A stretch of 47,634 bases of DNA from Octopus bimaculoides (GCF_001194135.2 NC_068983.1:77500451-77548084), one strand, 5' to 3'; numbered from the stretch's first letter, positions 1-12,029 are shown. Translations and numbers: made by a program. The notes: a model not told the origin generated them from the letters alone.

Positions 1-410
1 AGAAGAGGATAGATCAGATAAGCGGGTAGATATCCTTATGATTATGTTGTCGAAAGTAGATCTGTGATGATTAGATTGAATATTGAGGTATTTAAGGTAC
101 TGGTTGGGTTTATGATAGGGGGAGTGTTGCGAGTTAGATAGGTTCAGAGAAACGTCCAACAAGTTAGCCGTTTTGTATGCGTTTTCAAATGTTATTGATA
201 CTGAGAAAAATCTGTGTAGATCCTTTTGTGTCCTCTCAATGGAAGATTTGTTAGTAGTCTTGGTAATAAGTAAAGCGTCATCCCTATATAGACCACCATG
301 GATATTAGGGAAGTGTGATTTTAATTGGTGGAGTATGTACAATCCAACTAAATACGTGGCCTGTGCTGAATCGAAGAACCCATGGTTACATCAAATAATT
401 TGTTAGAGCT
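1..410 (-). mobile_element. Penelope-like element, reverse transcriptase fragment (decayed, runs off window edge)
   Basis: Manual minus-strand translation gives KLFDVTMGS-(1-nt frameshift)-DSAQATYLVGLYILHQLKSHFPNIHGGLYRDDALL...ANLLDVSLNL...PYHKPNQYLKYLNIQSNHH. FDVTMGS, GLYRDD and Y.KP...L.Y.N..SNH are characteristic PLE RT motifs. Confidence 0.85.
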
Positions 411-2619
411 ATTAGTATACAGCACTTACTCGGTATTACATGTATCCTCCTGGGTTTGGTTAAATGCAATGCCCTCCTCAACCTTATATCTATCTATATA
501 TATATATATATATATATAAATATATANNNNNNNNNNNNNNNNNNNNNNNNNNNNNNNNNNNNNNNNNNNNNNNNNNNNNNNNNNNNNNNNNNNNNNNNNN
601 NNNNNNNNNNNNNNNNNNNNNNNNNNNNNNNNNNNNNNNNNNNNNNNNNNNNNNNNNNNNNNNNNNNNNNNNNNNNNNNNNNNNNNNNNNNNNNNNNNNN
701 NNNNNNNNNNNNNNNNNNNNNNNNNNNNNNNNNNNNNNNNNNNNNNNNNNNNNNNNNNNNNNNNNNNNNNNNNNNNNNNNNNNNNNNNNNNNNNNNNNNN
801 NNNNNNNNNNNNNNNNNNNNNNNNNNNNNNNNNNNNNNNNNNNNNNNNNNNNNNNNNNNNNNNNNNNNNNNNNNNNNNNNNNNNNNNNNNNNNNNNNNNN
901 NNNNNNNNNNNNNNNNNNNNNNNNNNNNNNNNNNNNNNNNNNNNNNNNNNNNNNNNNNNNNNNNNNNNNNNNNNNNNNNNNNNNNNNNNNNNNNNNNNNN
1001 NNNNNNNNNNNNNNNNNNNNNNNNNNNNNNNNNNNNNNNNNNNNNNNNNNNNNNNNNNNNNNNNNNNNNNNNNNNNNNNNNNNNNNNNNNNNNNNNNNNN
1101 NNNNNNNNNNNNNNNNNNNNNNNNNNNNNNNNNNNNNTTCATATACATACATATGTGTGAATATATAGGACGAGTATGTATGCATAAACACATTCATGCA
1201 TACATTTTCAAAAGCCTATCAAACTGATATGAAAATGTACGGCCGAAGAATACAGAATCAAATACTCCCACACACACAGAGATTGATACAGTTAATAACA
1301 AAATGATAGAAACTCTAGATATTTCCACGGATATGAGCAACTAGAATGAAATATTGGAAAATATTTGTGCTATGATGATTCAAAATTCAGGAAACACTTC
1401 TGCATATTTTTTATCTGCTAAAATCCGACATTATCTCTAATTTCAGTGCTGACTACTCTATTCTTTCCTTACTTGTAGTTATATAATTGGTATGCTTTCT
1501 GTTTCTTTCAGTCTATATACCTATCTTCCACAAGCCTATACATACTACATCATTCACACACACAAAAATACACACACTCACTCGCACACAAGCACACACA
1601 CATATATATGAATAAGAAATATGGATAACATAGTTGATATACATGCATGCTTATGTGTATGTGTGTCTGTGCGTGTGTGTATCTGTGTGAGTGCGTGTGT
1701 GTAGGTGTACGTGAACTTAATTATACAAATTTGTTTCTCAATAAAATAGCTTTTCTGATAAAATACTTGTACATGCCTTCACAAACTGAGTGTTACAAAA
1801 GTTTGATACATTCAACGAAAAATTTGAGTGCATGTTTAAACAAAAGGAATTTTATAGATAATGGAAAATCACATTTTCCTGAGTGGTTTGTGCTGTTTAC
1901 AACACATGAATATTTAAAATATGTTCTGCAAGCAACTTTCAACATATGCAATGGTAGAAACAGGTGCAATTTCTTTCAAGTAGAAATATCGCTATCGTAT
2001 TTTCCAAGATAAATAAGGTAACTGCTAGTTTATATGTTTCATGTTGCTTCACTTCTTATTTTATAAGGACATATATTGGTTATATTTTCAGAAGGTTATA
2101 AGGCTTTTTTTTTCTTTTTCCGGGAAGAAGGATTTACATAAATTTCAGATACAAAACAACAGTCATAGATTTTTCTTTTTACAAAATATTCTCTTTCTAA
2201 AAAATGTCAACTCATTTGTTAGATTCTGTTTCAGAATGTGTTAATACAGCCTGTGATATATGCTAATTAAAGTTTATTTTCTTATTTGTTCATAAAATAT
2301 ATCCCTTTATTATTTCGTTACTGTTCAGTCGTCGTTGAGTTATCTCACTGATGTAATGAGAAGACTGTATAGATGGAAAATATCTGCCCCTAATGATTTT
2401 CTATATATTAACTCATTCTGTATATGGTCTCCTGATCTGTTGACGATGTAACGTCATTCTTTTACTGAGTGTCACATTGGTTTCTGCAATACTTTATTCA
2501 CAACTACCTTTGCATGTTAAGTAAATTAATTTATTTGAGATAAAATAAAAGTTTATTTTTTTTAATTTGGAAGTTAGTGCCTACTTTGAAGCGGTTAGTT
2601 CGTTAACTTTCATTTTCAG

Positions 2620-3804
2620 ACATTGGAATCCGGAATCGAGCGTAAGCAGCTTTGCATTTGTCAATACCTTTTTAGTGATTTTGCCTGTCTATTACGTTTT
2701 ATAATTGGATGCTTTCCAAGAAGATTTTCAAAATTAATCAGATTTATTGGACATTTTCTTTTGACAAGTATTATATTCATTTCTTCTAGACTTTGTTTTA
2801 TGGTTTGAAAGAATTGTGTAGACGCATTTTGCTTTGTTCAATAGAGTGCTACATCGAATGCGTTTGTGTGACATAATGTAAAAGAAGATATTTTTGTGAA
2901 TCGGGGTATATTTTTTTGCTTTGTTATTAGTATACCTAAGAAGGAAAGTTTGTATGTATTGAACCCCGTACCGAATTGATTTTAAGGGTTTATGTTGTTG
3001 GTGGGGTTTTTAAAATCGATTTACTCTATCAAGAGTTTCGCTCTCTATACTGGAAATACATGTCTAGAATATTACTCCAGTGCTTTCCTAAACAGAACTA
3101 GTGTCGATTATTCTCAACTAGAAATCCTTTACACTTCTCTTTCAAATAACACAAGCATGCCTCTCGAAATGTTTGTAATTATGGTCATAGATATTCAATT
3201 ACTCACTAACTTGCCATAAGAGAGTGTAACTTTGGTTCTATAGCTGTTCTTGACTTTTATTGGTACGTTGTTAACAAAACAATGCAGTTGTATTTAAAAT
3301 GAACTGGAGGATCGCCATAATAAATTTTCCATACGTATGTTCTGGTATCTTATAAGTAAATGAGTTACGACAGTAATGTATATCTTAGTTTCGACAGTTG
3401 ATATGTATTTCTCAACCGCAAAAGCGATACAATGGGTATTTTCAGCTATGTATTAGGAAGATATAAATATATCAAGATCATCGTATACTATTCTTTATGT
3501 GCCTAAGGAAAGACTTTAACAGAATATCTATAAAATTACCTCACACATATTTTCCATATGATAAGCCTGCTGGAATAGGTCTCAGTTTCAAATAAATTAG
3601 GGATTGAAAACTAATACTAGAATTAGCATCGGCTATATTTAAAATATGTACATTCATCCAGTTCTTTATCGGTTAAGAAAATTCTAAGTAATCTGCAATA
3701 AGTTATCCATGTTATCAGTTAGTTTCCTAAGTTATCTTCGATGTCTTGTTTGATTTCACAATTTCACATACATATGATTTTGAAGTAGTTGTTTTCAGCT
3801 TCGG

Positions 3805-3810
<6 letters not shown>
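2620..3810 (-). mobile_element. Highly decayed non-LTR retrotransposon RT remnant
   Basis: Minus-strand fragments LRPIPAGLSYG and VYDDLDIF occur in the order and approximate spacing of RT domain 4 (G-x-PQG) and domain 5 (YADD). Many stops and frameshifts; clade not assignable. Confidence 0.4.
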
Positions 3811-3841
<31 letters not shown>

Positions 3842-3899
3842 GTGGTGTTATGTTGTCAACTTAATGGTTATGAATATAGTGATATAATGAAGAAATGAA

Positions 3900-4735
3900 A
3901 TGTCTTACAGAATGCCCCCCCCCCCTACACAAGCAGTGTAATTTAACTGTTTATGCCGTTCATGTTTGTCTACAGTCCATTGTTTCTTTTTTAAGACATT
4001 TCAATTTTACAAATCTTACTTACTTTTATATTCCTCGACAAAGTATTGCACAATGTCTGCGAATGGCACCACTGGTGGCAGCCCGTCACATCGAAACCAT
4101 TGGTTCGTCAATACAATCCGCTCACCGAACAATTCTTCCAATTTATCCGCTCTGTTACTTTCCGGCAAAACCACCCTGTCGTCCTCTGCATATTCACTTC
4201 CCGTTATCTTAACTCTTATGACATGTTTAATCTTTGTAATTCTCTTCTTTATTTCTATACTCTTCTTGTATTCCACCATCCTCCTCAAATGTCTTCTTTT
4301 CGCCTCCTCTTTCCACTTCCTATCTCCACACTCTCCCGATGTTCCTGGTACTTGTGTGTCCATATTTCTGTCGCTCCTCGTTGTTGCTTCGTTTCTTTTC
4401 TGCATACTTTCTTTTTCATTTGTTCTCTCCTCTGCAATTTTCTTTATTGCTCCTTCTGCACCTTCTATCTGCATCTCCTCCAAATTACCCTTTCTCTTTT
4501 TTGCGGGCTATTCGGAGGCGATAATGCATTTTCCTCCCTATTTACTTTCTTTGTCCGACTGGGTGTTTCGCTTCTACCGTTTCCATTATTTCCTTTACCT
4601 GACCTTGCGCCGCCACACTTTGCTCCACTTCCGCCTCCTTCTGCTGTTCTCTCCTTCCCTTTTTTCCTCTCTATATTCCTCTTCTTGTTTTCGATTTGAC
4701 CTTACTAATACATTCCCTACTTTTTGGTCATTTTA
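3900..4735 (-). mobile_element. Probable LINE ORF1-like remnant
   Basis: Minus-strand ORF 4016-4483 is K/E/R-rich and followed by LEELFGERIVLTNQWFRCDGLP; purine-rich composition continues to about 4730. It lies upstream of the RT remnant on the same strand. No endonuclease domain is visible between them. Confidence 0.35.
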
Positions 4736-4739
4736 AATA

Positions 4740-5095
4740 AAACCCTTGATTCAATAACACTGTGTATAAACTCTATACTTGGAATGACCAATTCTAAAGA
4801 CTACTGGATTTTACTCATAAGGTATTGGAATCTTATATGTATACCATTCTGCCTAAATAATGGATTTACAAATACAGTATCCCTGCATATCTCACATCTA
4901 TTTCTGTTCCTCCGATTCACTCACTATTTCGTATCTTATCTGAATTAACTATTGCTTGACTATCCTCTCACACCGTCTCCGATGAAGGGATATAGGAAAT
5001 ATTCTGGAAACAGCTGTAAGACCTTCTATTTATAAATGTTCTATATTATACACAGTTTTGGTTTCTTTATCTCATTAAGAAAACTAAATCTTTAT
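4740..5095 (+). mobile_element. PLE pseudo-LTR/3' region fragment carrying a hammerhead-like motif
   Basis: Contains the motif at 4975-5022. Its flanks (aattaac...tctc.cacc upstream; tttataaatgttc...cacag..ttgg downstream) recur in the second copy at 18440-18615. Ends in (TA)n. Confidence 0.6.
4975..5022 (+). ncRNA. Minimal type I hammerhead-ribozyme-like motif, copy 1
   Basis: GUCU-CCGAUGA-A-GGGAUAU-AGGAA-AUAUUCU-G-GAAAC-AGCU-GUA-AGAC. Stem I GUCU/AGAC, 7-bp stem II, palindromic AGCU in stem III, GUA cleavage triplet; U4 is replaced by C. Confidence 0.7.
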
Positions 5096-5124
5096 ATATA
5101 TATATATATATATATAAATGCTAG

Positions 5125-5200
5125 AGGTAATACTTGATAATTGTAAGCACCTGTGTATGACAGATCGTGGCCGGGGTGAAAGAATAAATTAAATTAAATC
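5125..5200 (-). repeat. Dispersed repeat fragment, homologous to 11424-11497
   Basis: Reverse complement atttattctttcaccccggccacgatctgtcatacacaggtgcttacaattatcaagta aligns with atttattctttcaccacgccactatctggcatatacaggtgcttgcaattatgaagta. Confidence 0.75.
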
Positions 5201-5568
5201 CTTTGTGTTTTGATTTTATTTTTATGTTTTTAATTTATGTATATATATATGTATGTGTGTGTATCTATATAACTCACAGACACACTTAATGTAGAGACAT
5301 ACAACCCACACTCATACACGTTGACTTGCCCCGACAAGTACAAATGGAAACTTCCACCTACACACACATATTACACACAATTACGCACAAATATACTCAC
5401 TCACACATATACACATACGCACATACACACATACAAACAATAACACCGACGCATACACACACTTGCCATCTCGTCCCTCACACCCCATCACACATCACAC
5501 ACGNNNNNNNNNNNNNNNNNNNNNNNNNNNNNNNNNNNNNNNNNNNNNNNNNNNNNNNNNNNNNNNNN

Positions 5569-5588
5569 TAGATAGATAGATAGATAGG

Positions 5589-5632
<44 letters not shown>

Positions 5633-5643
5633 AAGATAAAAAT

Positions 5644-5682
<39 letters not shown>

Positions 5683-5683
5683 T

Positions 5684-5723
<40 letters not shown>

Positions 5724-5724
5724 G

Positions 5725-5796
<72 letters not shown>
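5569..5796. repeat. (GATA)n microsatellite next to an assembly gap
   Basis: Direct reading; explains the YLSI-repeat ORFs. Confidence 0.98.
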
Positions 5797-5797
<1 letters not shown>

Positions 5798-6835
5798 TCA
5801 TTCATAGAACAAGCGAGCAAATGCAAGCTGTGCTGTGTTTCGCACTTGTTGAGTACGGAAAGGTATAACGTTGTGATGACTGTAGTGTTGGAATCACTGA
5901 AAATATAAGTTTTCGAGGTGATGCAGCCAATTCTTAGAGATACAAATTCTGGATGCACCACAGGTATTCCTCTCCTATCATCACCATTACGAGACACAAT
6001 TGATAAGGGTGTTAAGCAAGGAGATACCATCTCTCCATAGCACTTTATCGCATATCTAGAAATGGTTATCAAAGATAAGACATTGACAGGACAAATGGTG
6101 TGAACATCAATGGTGACCGAATAACAGAGGACATTGTGCTCGTCGCTGAAACTGGTCAGCTGTAGACTATGCTGACAAAGCTGAACACTCAAAGCTTAAC
6201 AACAATTTATATGCATTCGTAAAAACAACTGCAATATCTAATAAAGGTGTAAAGCAATGAAATCGTGGAGGTAAACGAGAACGTCTACATAGGGTGCGCA
6301 GTGAATATCAGCTGAGATGTGGATGCTGAAATATTGGAAAAGGTGAAGATGGAAGTCATTAAACTCAACAAGGCATGTGTCCCAAAGAAAGAAAGACTAT
6401 ACCTACAATATAAATGCCGGTCTATTCAATCGCACCGTCCCACTTGCCTTCTTAAAAGCAAGTGAGACGTGAGGAACGACAAAAAGGGCTGAAAGTCGAT
6501 TGGCTAAGACGCAGTAGGACACGGAAAGATCCATGATAGGAATATCACTACGAGAGTATATTCGAACGAAGCGGAGTGAACGAGGTGTTCACAAAATACC
6601 GAAAACAGAAGCCCCGCTGTTCCATGCATGTCACAAAGTTCACAGACAGCATGTGAATTCGAGCAATTGCCAATTAGTATCAAATCGATCGGAAAAGGCC
6701 ACTTGGAAGATCTACACGAAGATGGGAACAAGATTTAGTTCAAACATTTGTTTCAAAATGGAAATGAATGGTGCAAGCAAGACAGAATTAGAAGCACATT
6801 GTGACCATCGGTGATTAACAGCAATTTAAGGTCTT
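5797..6835 (+). mobile_element. RTE-clade LINE, 5'-truncated and decayed
   Basis: KGVKQGDTISP at 6005-6037, then GVNINGDR..EDIVLVAE, KASETW and ERSMIGISLREYIR, matching RTE motifs RGVRQGDTISP, YGSETW and MERxMLGI. Multiple stops and frameshifts. Confidence 0.85.
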
Positions 6836-6894
6836 GTTGTTTATGTGATCTTGTGATATACATACATACATGCATTCAGACATACGAACATACA

Positions 6895-6987
6895 CATACA
6901 CACACACACACAGAGTCATACACAAACACACACACACACAAACACACAGAGATAGATAGAAAGAAAAATAGATAGATAGAGAGATAC

Positions 6988-7038
<51 letters not shown>
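6895..7038. repeat. (CA)n followed by (GATA)n compound microsatellite
   Basis: Direct reading. Confidence 0.95.
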
Positions 7039-8019
7039 TGGATGTTTTATATGTACCTGAGTAACTGTTTGTATATAGATGTTATTATTTTTCCAGTTGA
7101 CAATTCGCAAAACTCTCTGATCATCGAATATTATCCCCGTGCATCATTACCGTTTGTGCTTTGTCTACACCTGCTCCTGCTCTGGATGTATACCTATGTT
7201 GGCTTTCATTTGCATAGCTTTGGCTACATAAACAAAAGTACCAATGAAATAATAACGATATTTCTCTTCATCCGGCTCTCTGCTGCTAAAATTCATGAGC
7301 GTTCGCCTTATGGTCACATCCTTGTACCGTTTTTCCTACGACGCTGTGTCCTGGCAAAGGACAAAAGTATTCGCTTTGATGAATTTAATCTGATGAGATA
7401 TTCTGAGGCCAAAAATAGTTTACGAGGGAGAATAAACGCATTCTACTATATTATTTGTCAAATACTGCAAACGTAATTATTCAACTAACCAAGACACTTT
7501 TAGATAATACTAATAATACACATGGGAGAAAACCAATCACCTGTTATATTTCTTTCTAATATTCTGTCTATCTCTAGTCTAAATAAATCATTAATGTTTC
7601 TTGAAATTGAGCTCATTTACAAACTCGTAACAACAACTTTAATATTATAACGGTGAGTTGAGATGGCACATTTCCAAAAAAAGTACGATTAATCAATATG
7701 AAATGTAGAATACTAAAGATTTTACTTCAAGATTGCATATTGTATCAAAAATTTCATTTTATTCTCTTTCTCTTATTGTTACACATCTTTAGTTTTTCTT
7801 CTTTATTTGTTTTTAGCTTTCACTAAATTACCAATTCCATTCCATTCTGCATTTAATACTCTGTTCTATCATAGTCAACACATTTCAAAAGCAAAAATAA
7901 TGCCTAAAAGTTAAATAAATAAATATCGAGCGATTTCATTGTTGCAAAGTATACTAATAATAAAAAGTAATATAATATTTAGGTGAAGAGTTATAGACTA
8001 TGTAAAATATGAAGGGGTA

Positions 8020-8483
8020 AATAATGATGATGTTCTTGCTGTTTCTGTTGTTATTGTTGTTGTTGTCGATGATGTTCATAATGATGGTGGTGTTGGTATT
8101 GGTGGTAGTGGCAGCGATGTCGATTATAATGAGGGCAGTAGTGATGGTGTTGCTGGAAATGTCTATGATCGAGACAGTGATGATAGCGTGTTTTGTGTTG
8201 TAATTCGGTGTTGGTGGTGGTAATAGCGATAACGAACAATAGAAGTAGGAGATTGTGAAATAGGAAGAAGGACCCAAGACAAGGACACTGATACTAAATT
8301 TTCTGATATTGCGAAGGCGGTTGATGGCGTTCACCATGGTTTTAATTGTTTTCATAATGGGTTTATGAAAAGATATAAACTTCAGAAAAATAACAATAAT
8401 AATAATAAGGATAAGAAGAGGAATACCCACAACAACAACAGATGCAACGCCAAAAACGACAACAAAAACAACAACAATAATAA
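8020..8483. repeat. Degenerate trinucleotide low-complexity tracts (GTT/GAT/GGT, then AAT/AAC)
   Basis: Direct reading; source of the poly-I/T/N ORFs. Confidence 0.85.
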
Positions 8484-8498
8484 TGTTTTCACATATTG

Positions 8499-8697
8499 GC
8501 ACAGGGCTAGCAATTTCAGGGGAGGAGCTAATTCGAATTCATCGAAGCCAGTGCTCAACTGGTTCTGATTTATTCTACCCCGAATGGATGAAAGGAAAGT
8601 AGACTTCCACAGAGTTTCAACTTATAAAGCAAAGACAGACGAAATGCCGTTAAGCATTTCCTTCTGCATGCTAACGATTATGCGAGCTCGCTGCCTT
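8499..8697 (-). mobile_element. tRNA-derived SINE family A, diverged copy
   Basis: Reverse complement gcgagctcgcataatcgttagcatgc...gaaatgcttaacggcatttcgtctg...ttcatccattcgggg aligns with copies at 18931-19125 and 44950-45110. Confidence 0.75.
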
Positions 8698-8820
8698 AAA
8701 ATGATTGTAGAGTCTTATTTAAAAATGCAACACATCGCCTGGTTCTGGAACGGAAAAACTGTAACCACTATGCTACGCTTCATCTTAACAAGAACAACAA
8801 TGATATTATTATCATTATTA

Positions 8821-8970
8821 CTGTGCCAGCTGTTCACTACCAGTGAACTACGGTAACATCCCATATCTTTCGAGCACCATCCGGAGTATTCGGGAGGTTC
8901 CAAGCAGTGCTGTTTTCTGCAAGTGCTCCACCCCTATTGCAAACCCTATTGCAACCCCTATTTCTTCCAT
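8821..8970 (-). mobile_element. R4/Dong-clade LINE, 150-bp 3' fragment inside TAA repeats
   Basis: Minus strand translates MEEIGVAIGFAIGVEHLQKTALLGTSRILRMVLE, the C-terminus of R4/Dong ORFs (LQKxALLGTxRILRxVL). TAA-type repeats flank both sides (8804-8820, 8971-8983). Confidence 0.8.
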
Positions 8971-9090
8971 TATTATTATTATTAAATTCTCAAACGCAGG
9001 ATAATGCTAATAATATAGCCTGAACAGGATAAACATACCCTATTTTGGAGAAAAAATGTAGGAAGCCAGCTATGAGACTCGAAGTCACAC

Positions 9091-9617
9091 TCAGAATCTA
9101 GTTTAGCGAGGGTAAACTGAATAATTAAGGTAAATAGTTAAGTTGGGGGTAGAGTACGGGCTTCGTTAATTCAATGTCTGAATGGTTGCAGGAAGGATCT
9201 GACGTGGGAGTTACCAATGAGAGAACATTTAGAAGTGATCATTACTAAAAAGAGGGGATTTAGGGATTATAGTATCTAAAGGTTTTAATCATTTTATGTA
9301 TACAAGATGGTTTGAAATCTGATCTCTCATTAATTAGCTTGCTCTTATCAGGGAATCTAATGATTTTCAATAGTTCTAAGGAACATAACTGGCAACCAGT
9401 TATATTATCTCTATACGTTGCGACTGATTCAACTATGGACCATCTAAGGTTAAAGTTAATGTTTTTATCTCGTAGAATTTGGGAACTTAAAGACGAAAAC
9501 ATTAACTTTAACCTTCCTGCCAACATTCAGACATTGAATTAACGAAGCCCGTACTCTACCCCCAACTTAACTATTTACCTTAATTATTCAGTTTACCCTC
9601 GCATAGCTAGATTCTGA
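9091..9617. repeat. Inverted repeat, arms 9091-9196 and 9512-9617
   Basis: The roughly 106-bp arms are reverse complements with only about 5 differences. Confidence 0.95.
9260..9514 (-). mobile_element. Penelope-like element, GIY-YIG endonuclease C-terminal fragment with internal inversion
   Basis: DKNINFNLRWSIVESVATY...CQLCSLELLKII...LINERSDFKPSCIH on minus; RRIWELKDENINFNL on plus at 9471-9514. Both match the PLE C-terminal region (IWxLK...WxI...CxLC...LNxRSE...CxH). Confidence 0.85.
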
Positions 9618-10156
9618 CCCCATAATATACACACATATTTAATAACCCAGGATCCATAATCCCACTTTTACAGGAAAATTTCTAAACTTTTCAGTCACTG
9701 ACTCTAAGATTTCGAAGAACACTACAATACACAAAAGTAACATTAAATAACACTCATCACTGCAATGTTTTTATAATAATATTATACTAGTATTAATTAG
9801 GAGATGCAAACTCAGACTCTTTTATATTCATACACCAATACCCAATGATTAAAACACGATTATAGTAGTAGTTTCACTATGCCATATAACTTCCCCAATC
9901 ACAACATTTTTCTAATCAATGTACCTTTTCAAACCACTATGTGTTTTTTTTATTTTTATTATTATCATTGTTATTGGTGTTGTTATTTTTTTATTACTCT
10001 TACATTATGTAATACAATATTACTATTACATTACTACGGTTGAAGTGTTCCCAATACTCTGTATTTTGAATTTTTAACTTCCAACCCTAGTTTTTCCCCT
10101 TTATGTTTTCTATATTTTTTCTAACCTTTTTTTACATTTTCTAAATATTCATTGTT

Positions 10157-10652
10157 TAGTTTTTATATGTTCTAATTACCATTTACCACTTCCATCATCT
10201 TTTTATCCTCTAGATAAGTGTATGTACCAATATAATAGATAAGTTCGTATACTTAAGTTGTAGTGATGTACTGTGGCTAAACTGACCACTCACCACAAGG
10301 ATATCATATTTCAAGTTTACTCTAGCTTGACATTATTTATGACCCCCTNNNNNNNNNNNNNNNNNNNNNNNNNNNNNNNNNNNNNNNNNNNNNNNNNNNN
10401 NNNNNNNNNNNNNNNNNNNNNNNNNNNNNNNNNNNNNNNNNNNNNNNNNNNNNNNNNNNNTAGTTTTTATATGTTCTAATTACCATTTACCACTTCCATC
10501 ATCTTTTTATCCTCTAGATAAGTGTATGTACCAATATAATAGATAAGTTCGTATACTTAAGTTGTAGTGATGTACTGTGGCTAAACTGACCACTCACCAC
10601 AAGGATATCATATTTCAAGTTTACTCTAGCTTGACATTATTTATGACCCCCT
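10157..10652. other. 192-bp identical sequence on both sides of gap 10349-10460, probable assembly overlap artefact
   Basis: 10157-10348 and 10461-10652 read identically and abut the N-run. Confidence 0.85.
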
Positions 10653-11423
10653 ACTAGTCTTGGCCGAGACATCATCATGTATGTCTGTCATTTACGAACT
10701 CATCCTTTTAGATCTCTCTATCTATCTTTATTTCTCTTTATTTCTCTTTTTCTACTTTTAGGTTTTTCTTATCCCCCTTCTCTTTACTTCTGTTATCTCA
10801 TTTCATTTCTTTTATTTTTCTATTTCTTCTATTTATTTATCCAATTTCCTTGTGTTTTCTTTTACCACCTTTCTCCAATACTTCTAAATCTTTTATATGC
10901 ATCTTACTTTATTATCCGTATTTTTTTCTTTTTTTCTTTCGATTTGACTTATATTATTTTTGTATTAATATTTATGTATTTTATATTGTTTTTCTTCGCA
11001 TTTTATATTTTTTTAACCTTCAACTTCTTTCTTTTTTGGACCCTCTCCTTTTATCACATATACGCTAGTTACGTTTATCTATCATTCACTCTACCCTGAA
11101 TTGTGGCACAATATGGACAGATTTCGGAATACCGATGAACATTTATGTAAATGTATCAACTTAAAGGATAAACATATTACAATGGATATTACAATGGATA
11201 ATACCAAGTGGACTCCACCTTTTTCTCTCTCCTGTTTCTCTTTCTTTTTCTTTTTTCTTGGTGATCTCTCCTTTGTGATATAATCTTGGGAAAGAATATA
11301 TTTGTGGCTGAAAACAGCTTTATACCATCCTGTCTATCAATTATATACCCATATAATGATGCAACGACCGTTTGTGTATAAAGCTTGCAACTCGTGTACC
11401 ACGGAATCTTTTGTGTTCTGTTT

Positions 11424-11497
11424 TAATTTTACGTATTTGATTTATTCTTTCACCACGCCACTATCTGGCATATACAGGTGCTTGCAATTATGAAGTA
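11424..11497 (+). repeat. Dispersed repeat fragment, homologous to 5125-5200
   Basis: See 5125-5200; both copies end next to a (TA)n tract. Confidence 0.75.
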
Positions 11498-11889
11498 TAT
11501 ATATATATATATATATATATATATNNNNNNNNNNNNNNNNNNNNNNNNNNNNNNNNNNNNNNNNNNNNNNNNNNNNNNNNNNNNNNNNNNNNNNNNNNNN
11601 NNNNNNNNNNNNNNNNNNNNNNNNNNNNNNNNNNNNNNNNNNNNNNNNNNNNNNNNNNNNNNNNNNNNNNNNNNNNNNNNNNNNNNNNNNNNNNNNNNNN
11701 NNNCTCACACTTTCTACCTTACCCAAGTAATCTGTGAAACTTTGGGTTATATGTCTTCAAACTTTCTTCCCCTGGCTCACCAACACACTTCCCCAACTTC
11801 ACCCAAGGTGAGGCTGATCAGCCCACCTCCACTACCATTCACTGTATACTCTCGCACATTGAAGCACACATGCTCTCCTACCAGTTCTC

Positions 11890-11906
11890 TGCCCCTCTCT
11901 CTATCT

Positions 11907-11949
<43 letters not shown>

Positions 11950-11965
11950 TCTCTCTTTCTCTGTC
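11890..11965. repeat. (CT)n microsatellite
   Basis: Direct reading. Confidence 0.95.
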
Positions 11966-12029
11966 AAAGTGCAATTTGTTGATGTTAAAATCCAAAGAAA
12001 AAGAAAGGACACAGATCCAACTCAGGAAA

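Noticed and set aside
3966-4736. 256-aa and 217-aa hydrophobic plus-strand ORFs
   Set aside because: Antisense shadows of a purine-rich minus-strand LINE ORF1-like remnant; no membrane-protein family motifs.
7042-7476. 144-aa plus-strand ORF with a plausible acceptor at 7096
   Set aside because: No recognisable domain, no convincing donor, and the start lies next to a microsatellite.
11151-11160. Sequence just after CCGAUGA-ACAUUUA-UG-UAAAUGU (11132-11154)
   Set aside because: The hairpin is real but is followed by AUCAAC rather than GAAAC; too decayed to call a hammerhead.
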